Shown piece by piece: positions 34,001 through 47,598 of a DNA stretch of 64,000 nt; positions within the stretch are counted from its first letter, which is position 1, and each line of letters opens with the position of its first letter. Origin of the DNA: Zygnema circumcarinatum SAG 698-1b. Taxonomy: Eukaryota; Plantae; Zygnematophyceae. Location of the stretch: contig CM074810.1 in the NCBI GenBank assembly GCA_037447605.1, positions 2,390,880 to 2,454,879 on the forward strand, written 5' to 3'. Made by a program: the position numbers and the translations under genes. A model generated the notes under the pieces. The model was given only the letters and a program-made list of their open reading frames with translations, was not told the origin of the DNA and did not search any database.

Positions 34001-35237
34001 CCAAGAAGTAAAGCAGCAGGTTGGGAGGAAAGCTACCGCAACATGGAGTGCTGAGAAAAAGGTTCGAAGGCGTTCTTTCGGGGGGAGAGGGAGGAGGTGC
34101 TCCATCATCATCAATGTGGGATCGCCGTTGTCTAAAACGAGCGGTGATTCACTTCCAAATTCTGGGCAAAATGTGGGAGCTCGTCATGGAGATGTGAAGG
34201 AAAAGGCCGTTCTGAAGTGTGAAGAAGAGAAGGACGTTAAAGAGACGACTCCGAAAAAGGGTTTCATGAAGAAAGAAATTGTTTTTGTGGATTTGACCAC
34301 TCCTGAAAAAGTAGAGGAGTCAGTATGTACTCACATTCCGGCAGAAGTTCCTTCGGAGAAAGATGAAGATCTTTTCCAAGAAGTTAAAGTCTATGCTCGG
34401 ACCAAGAAATCCGAAGCGGTGAAGGCGGCAGAAAAAATGGTGAAGGCTGAACCATTAGAGGAGTCTGAGCTTGATGGGAAATCCTCCACCAATATTTCAA
34501 GGAATGTTGGAAAAGCTCCATCACAACCGGCTCAACCGAAGACGACAAGAAGGCAATCAATCAAATTACAGAGGTTCTCCAAAACTCCTATCCGGCTGGG
34601 TGTAGATTTGGAGAATGTCAGAGTGACGCAAGAGGTTTCAGCTAGCCCAGTGAGGGAGGAGAGAGCGAGAGGAGCATGCGGTAATGTCAGAGTTAAGAAA
34701 GAGGAGTCAGTTAGCCCGGTGAGAGGGGAGCGAGAGAGAGGAGAAGGGATGGCTTCTGTGAACGTGCAGGAGGTGAGAGGGGGGAGAGAGGGAGAGAAAA
34801 GCGTGGCTAATGTCAGAGTGAAGCAAGAGGTTTCAGCATGCCCGGTGAGGGGGGAGAGAGAGGGAGGAGAAGGGATAGCCAATGTAAAGGTGAAGGAAGA
34901 GCCATTGATGAGTTCCGTGACAGTGAAAAGAGAGGGAGGAGAAGGGATAGCTCATGTAAAGGTGAAGGAAGAGTCTTTGATGAGTTCCGTGACAGTGGAG
35001 AGAGAGGGAGGCAGTGTGGCTCATTCGCGCGTTAAGAGAGAGAGTCCTGAGAGAGAGGTGAGAGTGAAGAGCGAAGTGCAGGAGGACTCCGACTGCAACA
35101 CGATATCGCGTACGGTCTTTGAAGAGAGTGTGGATTCAATCGCGCTCACTGTACGGCAGAGAAGACGAGCGGCTTCTGCTGGGGTGGCCTCTTACCGAGA
35201 GCCCAATTTGAGGGACAAGTTGCGCCGCCCTACTTGA
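31077..35237 (+). CDS. SGO1: Shugoshin
   Basis: N-terminal RRPLENISN, coiled-coil exons (EVYLLRKLLAEKE, LVEIQEKQMAHLQ..NRKLQQ) and the C-terminal SGO basic motif RQRRRAASAGVASYREPNLRDKLRRP at the end of ORF 33855..35237. Internal exon boundaries are partly uncertain. Confidence 0.88.
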
Positions 35238-36508
35238 TGAGAGGGAGTGACTGAGGGGGCGCGAGAGAGAGATGGAGATGGAGAGGGCGTGAGAGAGAGG
35301 TCGTAAGAGGGATGGAGAGGGCGGGAGAGAGAGATGGATGGAGAGGGCTTGCGAGAGAGGAGAGGGATGAGAGATGGAACGGACCGAGTGCACGAATTGG
35401 AATTCGCAGGCTTCACTCTTGCGATATTTGAGGGAGAGCCCGACTGCAGTATCGAGATATACCTCTCCATTCGGTGCTGCCTTGTTTCGACTTGAAACAG
35501 TGGGTGGATTTGAACCGGATTGGAGGTTTGCGGCATTGACGCCGCGAAGTAAAAGGGTGAAGTTTCGTGTAATGTACGACCCTTCTATTTGCGCAATATG
35601 ACTGGGGAAGAAAGGGGACTAAATCTTGACGTACTTTAAGTAGACTTGACTCAATTTGATTAGACACGCTCAGAGCATACGGCGAACAACCGTTATTTTT
35701 GTCTAATTATGGAGGAGGTGGACGTGTGTGAATGGATAGGTATGGGAGGAAGGCATGTCAGGTCGAGACGGCAATACGAAGTTCCTTTCAGAAAAAGTAT
35801 CTAAAAAATCTAATTATCGCATAAATCAGGAAACCCTCACTCAAACCGGAGAACCAAGGGTACAAAGAACCCTAAACCCTAAAAGCCTTCAAAGCCCTTC
35901 ACAAACAAACAGAAAGATTTTGAAATGACCATTTGACAGGTATGGGCAGGTAATAATCTCACTTGCAAAAACACAGCAACATGTAGAAACTGCAACTTCA
36001 ATCCCCTCATCATAGCTCCCAAAAAGTAACAAATAACGGGTCGTAACATACGTCACTTTTTTTCTGAAACGGAATCAATCCAAACCTCACTTTTATTTTC
36101 CAAAGTATATAAGTTTCTCAGTCTCTCCCACCCGTCAAATCGGGTAGGGTTTAAGCCTTAGGGTTCAGGGTCTCAAAATTTACAGGGTTCCACAATGCAG
36201 TCGTCTAAGTACTCTCGATCAATATGGGAGCGTTACCTCCCCTCTGACCCATAAAAAACGTACCATATCAGATTTCTCGACAACTAAAATTAAAAAAGAA
36301 AGAAAAGTCCCAATGCCCAACTGATTCCCTGTGCAAAAAAAAGGGAGAAGAGGGGAGGAGGCTACTACACAAGTCGGTTTCCATGCGACGCACTGACCCG
36401 GTCCGTTACACAAAACTGTACAAAAACTGAGGAACACAGTCAATCCGAGGGGAGCCAACTCTCCCCTCTCCATTCTCTGCTCAGTTTTTTTTCTTTTTTT
36501 TTTTAAAT

Positions 36509-37199
36509 TTAGAAAGAAGAAATGTAGTCGAAAATCATAAGTGTGATTCCGAACTGAGGACTGATCCGTAGCACTCGACTGAAGCCGCCTTTGAAGAGCA
36601 CTCCCACTCCCTCCTCCCTCACAATTCGCTGCATGCACTCCAACCCGTTCTTGTATGGGACCATGCCCGGGACGGGCTCCATCTGGAAGATTGGGAATTC
36701 ACAATTACAATTAAAACAAAAGGTAAATGAATCAGTTTAGGGTTTTGGTGGAATTGGTCGAATGATGGCTAAAGCTTTTGGTAAACAACTGATTCAAGAA
36801 AACTGGGTTTGTACTGAATGAGAATGAGGAAGAAATGGATCGGGCGGCCGGAGAGAAATGCGGAGAGAGGGAGGATCTCGAGTGGAAAAGTGCAAGAAGA
36901 GGGGAAAGAGGGGGTGTGGGAGAGCTGTGGGAGAGATCAGAACAAGGAAGACTGGATGGGGGAAGATGGGAGAAGAGAGAAGGAATGAGGGGGGAAGGAG
37001 AGACATAGGGATGGGGCGTCGGAAAGGACTGGAAGGGGTCACGGGGAGAGGGAGAGGGAGAGGGAGAGGGTGAGGGAGAGGGAGAGGGAAAGGGAGCGAG
37101 AGAGCGGGAGAAATCTCGAGGGACAACAATAGAATACACGACACTACGAGAGAAAGTGAGAGACAGCGCGAGAAGGGGAAGGGGGGGGAGAGACAGAGA

Positions 37200-37267
<68 letters not shown>

Positions 37268-38198
37268 GACTCCCTACCGTGAGCCTTGTCTTGATCACAT
37301 CCGCCGGCGTGACAAGCAGTGACGCCGGTATCGCTGCCAAACAGCCGTCCAAAAAGTACTGCTCCGGATACACCGTTTTCAGAAATGCGTAGCACGCAAA
37401 AAATATCGCCGATCCGGGCACGTCTCGGGCCATCGTGACCGTCGATCCCGAGTACAATCCGGCCAATCCGAGCTCTCGCATGACCTGCCACGTGTCCTTC
37501 TGTGGTTTGCCGTCCTGTTGTGTCTGTAGCCTCACTTTGACCATTTCCACGGGGTTGGTGAACACCACTTGGCTAAATCCACCCCCTCCGCCGGCGATAA
37601 GCTCCAAGGCCCAGATCCGGGCACCGGGCAGAAAATTTTCAAGGACCGAAAGGAGGAGTTCGTTTACCGTCAGCTTCACAGCCTGCCCCACCCCAAAAAA
37701 AAAAAAAAGGGTAAAAAACATGCGGTTTTAGGGTTTTGGAGACCTTTTATAGCACCCCCCTTCATAGATTCCTGATTCTATCAAAGCTCTGAACCCTAAC
37801 CCACATTTTAAATATATAGAGAGACATATCTATATATATATATCTTACAAAAACAGATAATATGAGCTCTTTTGACATATATATATTCATATATATATAT
37901 ATATGATTTTAGAAGGGGGGGAGTGTACCTTTTCGGGGGCAACTCCCACAAGTTGAGGGCCGAGCCCTTGGTAGAGAGATCCGACCCCTTCGTTTTTTAC
38001 CATTTTAAGGAAACAATCGAGATCGTTTTCATAGACAGGTTTACTGCTGCCATTTTCCGATTCGCCATCGTCATTCTGTAAACCCCAAAAGAGGAAAAAA
38101 AAAAAACAACAACAAACAAGAGTGAATACAAAAAAGAGTGAGACTAAAGAGAAAAGCGAGTGTCCGACAGACACGCAAAGCGAGTGTGTGCGAGAGAG

Positions 38199-38241
<43 letters not shown>

Positions 38242-38407
38242 GATAGAGAGGCACACAAAGGGAGTGGGTATGCGCGTGTGCGAGAGAGAGAGATCGAGAA
38301 CGAGAGAGAGCGAGAGAGAGAGAGAGAGAGAGTGAGATAGAGAGGCACACAAAGGGAGTGGGTACGCGCGTGTGCGAGAGAGAGAGATCGAGAGAGAGAG
38401 ATCGAAT

Positions 38408-38453
<46 letters not shown>

Positions 38454-40008
38454 CAGAGAGAGAGTGAGAGAGAGAGAGAGAGCGCACCTTCCGCTGCGCC
38501 TGCATCTTGGTTTTGACCGTATCGAGAGGGTACACGAGAGTCGCTCCGACCGCGCCCGCGACTCCCCCCGCGCCAAAATGTTGTACGGACCGGGCCAGTA
38601 CGGTCGAGAGGGTGCTCGCCAGGCCTGGGGAGAGGGAGAGGGAGTGGGAGAGGGAGAGGGAGAGGGAAAGAAAATTAATAATGTAAACTAGATAGAAAAA
38701 TACTTACATAAATGAGTGAATTCATAGATTCAATCCCTCCCCCTCCCCCCAGTCCCTCCATCACTAATCCCCGCCCGCCCGACTTTCCTCCATCTCCCTC
38801 GTTTCCCTTTGCCACCCTCCCCCTTGTCCTCCCGTCGCTACCCCTTCCTCCCTTCCCTCCCTCCCTCTCCCTCTCTCGCCCTCCTCTCCTTTCGCCACCC
38901 TCCACCCCTGTCCCTTCCACACTACCCCTCCCTCCCCTCCNNNNNNNNNNCCTCCCCCTCCCTCTCCCTCCCTCTCCCTCCCTCTCCTCCCACCTGCTCC
39001 CGCCGCAGTCCCTCCCGTCGCCACTCCGACCGCCGCCGCCGCCGGCTGAAGAATTGTCAACGCGAGCTCACTTCCTGCTGACGCAAATGCTGACGCCGCA
39101 GCAGGGCTAAATGACGTCACAACGACCTCCCCCTTCTTTCCTGCCACTCCGACTCCCTCACTCGGAAGTCGCGAGTCCATCTCAGCCATCCGTTCCGCAA
39201 GCTCCAGAAGATCCCCACCGTTGGAATTTGGGGCCCTTTTATATCCCATCTGAGCTTCCAGATCCATCCAAATTTGAGCTTCAAGATGGGAAGAAAGTTC
39301 CGGGGGGCCAAAAGATGCTGCCACGACATCGTCGGGAGAGAGAGTGCGAGAGGGGGGAGAGAGAGGGAGAGAGGGTGGGGAGAGGGAGAGGGAGGGGGGA
39401 CAGAGGGGAGGGGCGGAGAGAGAGGGGAGAGTGACTGGGGGAGTTGAGAGAGAGGGAGCAGAGACGGAGGGGGGAGAGAGGGAGAGGGGAGAGAGAGGGG
39501 GAGCGGAAGGAAGTGGGGCTTCTATGGCCATTGCTGCCCCTGCGAAGCTCAGAGAGATGATCGGAAAGAGGCCCCAAAGAGTAATTTCTTTCCAGGTGGG
39601 AAAATTCTGCCCATTCTCACTACAATTCACAATCTGTAACGGCGAAAATGATTTCAAATCTGCCCCTGTAAAGGTGGCCCAATTCAAAGCCTTCTCGCTT
39701 TGAGCCGTCTGATTTATCCTCCGATCGATGAGAGCCGTCGATTTTGCGGAGCAAGTAACAGAACTGTTATTTTTTTGAAGTCTAATTCCGGGCAGAGAAA
39801 CAAAGGAAGAGCGGCAGCTCGGGCAGATAAAGAAATCTTTGTGACGGAAAGGATTGACTGCATGGGAATGGAGGAATGGAGAATAGAGAGCCTCTCTCTC
39901 TCTAGGGAGAGAGTGAGATTGAGAGAGAGGGGAGAGAGAGTGGGACGAGAGAGAGAGAGAGTCCTGCATGAGGGAGAGGCCCTGCATGCAGGAGGCTCCA
40001 GGTGGCAT
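36509..40008 (-). CDS. mitochondrial carrier family protein of aspartate/glutamate carrier (citrin/aralar/AGC1) type with long N-terminal extension
   Basis: [13 protein letters not shown]; [37 protein letters not shown]; [24 protein letters not shown]; [15 protein letters not shown]; [10 protein letters not shown]; [20 protein letters not shown]; TAA at 36511-36509. Start codon tentative (40008). Confidence 0.9.
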
Positions 40009-41679
40009 GGCGGGAGGGTAGAGGGAGAGAGAGGGACAGGGCGGGAAGAGAGGAGAGAGGGAGATAAGGGGGGAGATAGTGGGGGAGAGAGGTAGGGTGA
40101 GAGGACGAGGGAGAAAGAGAGATGGGGGAAGAGAGAGATGGGAGGAGAGAGAGAGAGAGAAAGAGAGGGAGGTAGCTGAGGATTTGACGGCGTTGAAGAT
40201 AAGGGCTTCAGATGACCTACAAACTGAACAAATCAACACGTACAAAGGAAAAGTTAGGGAAACATTGACCATCCGGCTTTCATCTCTCTCCCCCCACTCC
40301 CCACTCTCTCTCTCTCTGTTTCTCTTGCACCCTCTCTATTTCTTTATCGCTGACATGTAAGCTTTCTGTTCCTTCCCCTCTCCCTCTCCTTGTCCCTTTC
40401 ACCCTCTCCCCCTCCTTTCCCTCTCCCCTCTCCCTTCTAGCCCCTCCCCCTCTCCCTCTCCCTCTCCCTTTTACTTTCTCCCTCCTCTCTCTCCTTCCCC
40501 TCTCCCTCTCCTCTCCCTCTCCCTTTTACTTTCTCCCTCTCCCTTTTACTTTCTCCCTCTCTCCCTCTTCCCTCTCCCCCCCCAAAATTAGGGTTAGGGT
40601 TTTACCTCCCTCGGTCTCACTCCTGCTGCACGCAAAGCCCTCCTTTCCTCCCTCCGCAGAATATTCCCCTTCCTAAAAAAGCGCCTCCAAAGGGCGCCTT
40701 CTTGGAAGAGGGGGGGCCAAAGGCGGGGTCAGCAGAGGGGCACGTGCTTTTTTTTCGGGCAGATTACTGGATTCATTTCGGGCAGCCCGGCAAATGTAGA
40801 AAGGTATTTCAGGTCTGGGTCGAGTGGAGTTTGGTGAATGGGTAGGCTGCCCGGAAATATTTTTCGGGCAGGAATTGGTCGTTGTGGAGCTGCCACGTGG
40901 TGTGACAAAGACGGGCAGATGGAGGAAAAAAGCTTTTTTGGTGGATTGCGATTTGCGGTTCCGATTGGCACACGTGTGACGATGCCACGTGGCAGAAATG
41001 TACTGGAGGATGGGAATGTGCGGGCAAGTGAAAACGGGCCATTGAATTTTTTTCTTAATTTTGAGGTTCGGTTTTGGTCGAGTTTTCTGTGTACAGCACC
41101 ATTCATCTGTCGACACGTGGAAATAAAATTTGTGGGCAGACGAGAAAGATTTGATTTCGATGTTTTTTTTGGTACGGGCAGAATCTGCAGCTCAATTGAG
41201 AGCCGCAGAGACTTTTTGGCCACGTCGGCACGCCTTGACTTCCAGCAGACGGCGCCGACATTTTCGGGCAGCTAAAACAAACTTCGGGCAGAAAATTAAT
41301 TTCCGTACGAAACCTTCAACCAAAAAAATCATTATGAAATATCCCAGATTTCCGTAAAGAAAACGTTTTCACCGTTAGATGAGATTTTTAAGAATCTGAC
41401 GGTCTAAAGAAAGTCCAAAACGTTTCCAAAAATTTTCAGAAACATTTCATAGTATTGCCCGTGAGTTACGGACAGACTGAAAATGTCGGCAGACGGGGAC
41501 GTTTTTTTCGGCCAATGGGATTTTCCCGGATCGTGGATTTTGGCGCGTAGCGGCGAAGATTTTGCGGCGGCGAATCATTTGCGGCCCTCGCCGCGATCTG
41601 TGGGCGAGCGAGGACGGCCCGAAACCACGTCGACGACCACACAACGACATTCCTCGGGGTGCGTTCACATCGGGACTTT

Positions 41680-41860
41680 CTGGGTTCTGGTTTCTAGTTT
41701 TTGGTTTCTGGTTTCTGGTATTGGGTTTTCTGGTTTCTGGTTTGGTTTCTGGTTTCTGGTACAGTATTGGGTTTCTGATTTCTGATTTGGTTTCTGGTTT
41801 CTGGTATTGGGTTTCTGGTTTCTGGTTTCTGGTTTCAAGTTTTGGATTTCTGGTTTCTGG
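41680..41860. repeat. degenerate (TTTCTGG)n heptamer repeat
   Basis: Directly visible. Confidence 0.85.
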
Positions 41861-42039
41861 GGTGGTCGCCGTCGGCCCATCGCGGTCGGCAGCCGTACCG
41901 TATCGTAGCGTACCGTATGTTCAAGGTATTTCTCAAACACGAATGAGTATCGGGATATGGTTCAGTTGATATCCCGATACGATATAGATTATATCCGTAT
42001 CGGAATTATTATTTAATATTTCGTCTTTCCGAGGGAAGC

Positions 42040-42773
42040 GGCATTGATCTCACGATGGCGAGGCCATCAAATTGTACATGGACAACATCAACAACATGGG
42101 GAACCACGAGGAACTGGTCGCGAAGGACCCAAGCACAAAAGAAAGAAGCGCGGAATGGAAAACTACGCCTCGGCTCAACAACGCTTCAAGCACTTCCTCG
42201 AAGGTCGCCGATCGATGTGCGGCACATCACATCGCGCGGAGGGAGGGAGGGAGGGAGCGAGAGCGGGAGNNNNNNNNNNGGAGGGAGAGCGGGAGGGAGG
42301 GAGGGAGGGAGCGAGAGCGGGAGGGAGGGAGGGAGGGAGGGAGGGAGGGAGGGAGGGAGGGAGAGCGGGAGAGAGGGAGGGAGGGAGCGGCGGAAGGCCA
42401 CCAACAACCACCGCGGCTGCACGCCAAAAGAGTGGAGAAGACAGGAGGAGGGCAGCGCTGAAGGGCGACGGAAATGCGCTGTCAATAAAAAGCAGCGAGG
42501 ATCGATTCGATGAGGAGGAGAGGAGCCTTAAAAACCCTAAAAACCCTAAAAACCCTTTAAACCCTAAAAACGATTCCTTCCTTCCGGGGCCGCGCGTGGT
42601 TCTCCAAGGAGCAATGGGCGCATTCAGACACTTGAACAATGGCGGAGGAAGGACGGCATCCAAACGGGTGTCTTTCGTTCGTTTCTAGACCATTCGCGAC
42701 CTGTTCACATTGGTTCCGCCTTTCGTCGTTGTCCATGCACATTCGACGGCGTTGCCATCGTGAGACCAATGCC
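42040..42773. mobile_element. MITE-like non-autonomous element with ~50-bp imperfect terminal inverted repeats
   Basis: Left end GGCATTGATCTCACGATGGC; the right end reads GGCATTGGTCTCACGATGGC on the minus strand; similarity extends to CATGGACAAC. No target-site duplication found. Confidence 0.55.
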
Positions 42774-43470
42774 AGTGCAACTTTTTATTTTCATGCCGTT
42801 GGCACTCTCTAGCAATTGGCAGTTTTGTGCAATGTCAGTTGTACAACATCCATACTTTCATGCATCCCACGACCCACGAGACCATGAGTCGCTTAGTACT
42901 ACTTGTCCATTTCGTGCCGTGCTGAACATGGCCCAGAAATTGGTCCACATACATCGCCATCTTACACTCGATCTGCCCAATATCGATCCCAAACAAAAGA
43001 ACCGAGATACGGACTCTTGGTTATCTGCAAAATAGACGGTCGAGATCGCTCCATCGAACTTCTAGAGCCGCCTTACCGTCCGATCATGAAATTTGGGCAG
43101 CCAAAAGTTTGACTATTTTATGGATGACAGACGGAACCTTCCAAGGCTTCCCTGCGCCCCCCTCAGCCGGCCCTCTGCACAGGGAGGCGCCACGTGTCAG
43201 CGTCCCAGCTTATGCTAAACCCCTCTAAACCCCTTCTGGGCTGAAACCCACCTCTATTTTCCTTGCCTCGAGGAACCCCACTTTTCTATTTTTCAAGTAT
43301 CTTTCAGATTAGCCTTCAATTTCACCTCCTGATTCTCCCCCCTTCAGCCTCCCCCACTTCGAATCTTGCCATAATCCTCATCCTGAATCCTCTCTCACTC
43401 TCTCTCACTGCTTTACTCTTCTTAGTCAAACCCTAATTCTTACTCATATTTTTGGTTTAATGTCGAGAAG

Positions 43471-44723
43471 ATGACCACTTTTTCGGCATCGTCGGCGGCC
43501 CTTTTAAGGGCCCCTTTCTCCCCCGCAGAGTCAGGGCAGCCCCTAATATTTCTGAACCCAAATTCAGGTTGTCAAGCCAGCAAGCAGCAAGCAATTCAGA
43601 GCTCGCAGCTTTCCACATTTTTACTCTCCAACAACAGCAACCATGGTAACTCTCCGTTCCGTTCTCCGTTCCGTAATCTGCGACTGAGCCACGCAAGCAG
43701 ATGGGGACACGTGGCGCATCCGGAGGCCACCGACAGCGACGACAGGAGGACCCTCAGGGCCAATCAGGTGATGCCACCTGGCAGCTCTCAATTGGTCCCC
43801 AGCACACTTGCTGACGTGTCAGTAGCCAATGGGGACTCTCCAGGGTTCAGGGTCATCCCAGGAAATGCTGAAACCACGAGTGAGGGTTCAGAAAATGGCT
43901 TCTCTATGGAGAGCAGTACAAGTAGGGAGGGAGAAGGGAGCTTCTCTGAACCCCAAATCCCAGTGAAGGGTTTAGAAAGGGAGGAGGGTCCAGACGAGTC
44001 ACGAGAAGGAGGAGTTTCGGAGCCTTCCGAAGGACCCCAACTCGTTTCGGAAACTCTTTTCACGGCGGAAGAATTGGGAAGATGGGGGGATGAGAATTCG
44101 GATAAAAATTCGACAAATGTCGAAAATTCAGATGATGTGGACGACTCCGTGAAGCAAGAGAGGGACGGAATTCGGACTCGATTCAATGCATCTGCAGCGG
44201 AGGGCGAGGGAGTGACAGCTGGCAGCAGCAGACAGGCTCCGTTCCGTCGAGAGGGGGCGAGGTGGCAGAGGGCGCCGGCGCCCGTTACTGCCAACGGAAA
44301 CGGAAACGCTAACTCTAACAGAAACGGAAACAATCGATCATGGAAACGGGATGAGAGGGAGAGTCCTGCGGCTCCTTCGGTAACGGCAACGGCGATCTCT
44401 GTCCCAAATGTGACAACTGTCTCAAATGTTCCAAATGTTCCGAATGTTCCAAATGTGCCGAATGTGAGAAATCCGGAAATTGAATATTTCGAACCGAAGG
44501 TTGGAGATGAGGTTTTGGGAGTCGTCGTTTCCGCATTGCCTTTTTCTGCTGACGTGGACATTGGGGCCTTTAAATTGGCGCGGCTTTCGGCAAAGGAGGC
44601 GCTTCCGGCAGATTTGTTTTCGCTTTACGACAAAAAATTCGAAGATCAGGCAAGTTTACCAAGTTATGCGGGTCGTCATAAGCATGGAATCAGTGCTTTC
44701 CTTCTCCTTCTATCCCCTGCCTT

Positions 44724-44754
<31 letters not shown>

Positions 44755-47555
44755 GCTCCCCCTTTTCCCTATCATCCTGCACTTCTCCCTCACTTTTGGC
44801 TTTTCCTCTAGTGGCTTTTCCCTTTTCTCTCTCCTCCCACTCCTCCGTCTTCCCTCCCCCTCCACTTTCTCTCCCATTCCCTCTCTTTATATCCCGCTTA
44901 TCATTTACGTCTCCTGCTTTTGGACTTTTCCTACATCACATTTTCCTCTCACATCCGCCTGGCCCTCCTCCCTCCTCTCCCTCCTTCCACTCCTTCATTC
45001 ATTCCTCACTCACCCCCTGTCCCTCTTTACCCCCACTCACTCCTCTCCACCCTCTCATCTGTCCCCCCGCTCAACCTCTCTCTGTTTGCCCCCCCGCTCT
45101 GTCTTTACTTGCTTTTCTCTCACCCTTGCCCCTCACCCCTCCTTCCTCTCTCTCACACACGCGTAACCCCCCATTCATCCCCCTCCCCCCCTCTCCCTCT
45201 CCCTCTCCCTCTCCCTCTCCCTCTCCTTCTCACTCTCTCTATCTCTCTCCCTCCCTCCCTCCCTCCCTCCCTCCCTCCCTCCCTCCCTCCCTCCCTCCCT
45301 CCCTCCCTCCCTCCCTCCCTCCTCCCTCCCTCCCTCCCTCCTCCCTCCCTCCCTCCCTCCCTCCCTCCCTCCCTCCCTCCAGGCCTTCATCCCCCCCCAG
45401 TCCCCCGAGGAGCAGGAGACCTTCACCCCTCCGGTGGGGTTGGTCCGAAAAGTCGTCGAAACTTCCGAGGCTTCCTCTCAGCCCTCTCTCTTTCAGAGGA
45501 CGGAGGGGAAGAGAGGGGGAGGGGGAGGGCAGTTGGTGGAGGTAGGGACTGTGCTGCAGGCGGAGGTAGTGGGAGAGAGTCCAACAGGGAACGCCCTTCT
45601 TTCCGTTCGGAAAGTGTCAGTCCGTCTGGGATGGGACAGAGTATATCAGGTGAGCAGCATATTATTATCAGTTTTTTTTTTTTTTCCTTTCCTTTCTCGT
45701 TTTTTGTTGCTTCATGGCTTTCAAGCTGTTGCATAATGTGCTTCTTGTTGCAAAGTAATGTGTTGTAGATTATTTTTTTGTTTGTTTGTTTTGAATTCTT
45801 ACGCTCGTACGGATCGGATTTTTAGGGTTGTGAAGATGGGGGGTGTACAGGGAGGGATTTTTTAGGAGAGAACTTTTTTGAACGTTCGCTGTGTGGTTTG
45901 ATTTTTTTGATCGAATTTCTGTGTCTTCCGTTCCGTTCCGTTCCGTTCCGTTGCTTTTGACAGATTCGTGCTCAAAAGGAACCCTTTACCGTTCTTATTG
46001 TGGATGCCAATTCAGGAGGAGCAGTAGCTCATGTGGAGGTACGGTGCTCTTCCCCCCTCACTCTCTCTCTCTTCCTCTCTCTCTCTCTCTATCCCTCCCT
46101 CTCTCTCTCTCTCTCTCTTTCCCCCCTCCCATCCACTCTGTCTCCCTAGCTCTCTTTCCCTCTCTTCCCTCCTACCCTCCCTCTCTTTCTGGCCACATAT
46201 TCTCACTCGCACGCTCTCCCTCCCTCGTCTCTCGTCCTTCCCTCATCCTCTCTCTCTCTCTCGTTCGATGTCACTCTCTCGGTCCCCACCCTCTCCCTGC
46301 TTTGCTCTCTGTCTCTATCTCTCCCCCCCTACACTCGCACTCGCCTGCTCTCGCTCTCTCTCCCCCTCACCCTCGCGCTCTCTCCCTCTCTCTGTCTCTC
46401 TCCCTTCCTCTCTCTCCCTTCAACCTCACCTTCTTGCTGACTTTTCTCTCCTTCGTCTGTTTATCCCTCCTACCTCCTCCCATAGCTGAAATTCCCCTAC
46501 AGCAAATAGCAAAATCAGATCCCCTCTTTATCCCAGTACTAATCTGCTTTCTATGCCATAAAAATCAATGGCCGATTTCTTTTCCTCCATCTAATTTCCT
46601 TCAATTCTTAATCTCCAATTTTTCTTTTTTCTTTCTTTTGCAGGGTATCCGAGCATTTCTGCCGATTTCTTACATTATGAACCCTCAGTCTGGCGGAGTC
46701 CCTGAACCCTGGACTCTAGTAAGACCCTTTGGATGCAGGCAGAGAGGGAGAGAGAGAGAGAGGGGGAGAGAGAGGGGGAGAGGAGCGAGAGAGGAGCGAG
46801 AGAGCGAGCAAGAGAGAGAGAGAGAGTGTGTGGGAGGGAGAGGAGGGCGAGAGAGAGAGAGAGACACGGGGAGAGGAGCGAGAGAGCGAGCAAGAGCGAG
46901 AGTGAGAGTGTGGGAGGGAGAGGAGGGCGAGAGAGAGAGAGAGACACGGGGAGAGGAGCGAGAGAGCGAGCAAGAGCGAGAGTGAGAGTGTGGGAGGGAG
47001 AGGAGGGCGAGAGAGATAGAGGGAGAGAGACAGAGGGGGAGAGGAGCGAGGAGCGAGCACAAGAGAGGAGAGTGTGGGAGGGAGAGGAGGACGAGAGAGA
47101 GGGAGGGAGAGAAAGAGGGGGAGAGGAGCGAGAGGGCGAGCACGAGAGAGAGGGAGAGAGTGTGGGAGGGAGAGGAGGACGAGAGAGAGAGAGGGAGACA
47201 GAGAGGGGGAGAGGAGCGAGAGAGCGAGCAAGAGAGAGAGAGTGGGAGGGAGAGGAGGGAGAGAGAGGGAGGGAAAGAAGCAGGGAGGGGGGGAGACTCC
47301 CCCCGGCTCGGTCAGTTCATTGAAGAAAACTGGGATCGGTTTTGCTTCAATGTTTGTTTGTCACAATTTATTTTTAAAAGGAATTTTAATTGTAGTTTCT
47401 TTGAATTTTAAAACCTTTCCCTTGTCGTTTTATGAACCTCTAAGCAGATCGGGAAGAAAGTTCAAGTGATGATTGTCGAGCTCGACCGGCGATTGGGACG
47501 GCTCATTTTGAGTGAAGTTGAGGCAAGCCGATACCATGTGAGTGATAGATGGGAG

Positions 47556-47598
<43 letters not shown>

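Noticed and set aside
35374-35601. 75-aa ORF after shugoshin
   Set aside because: No recognisable motif; it lies in the probable 3' UTR/intergenic region between convergent genes.
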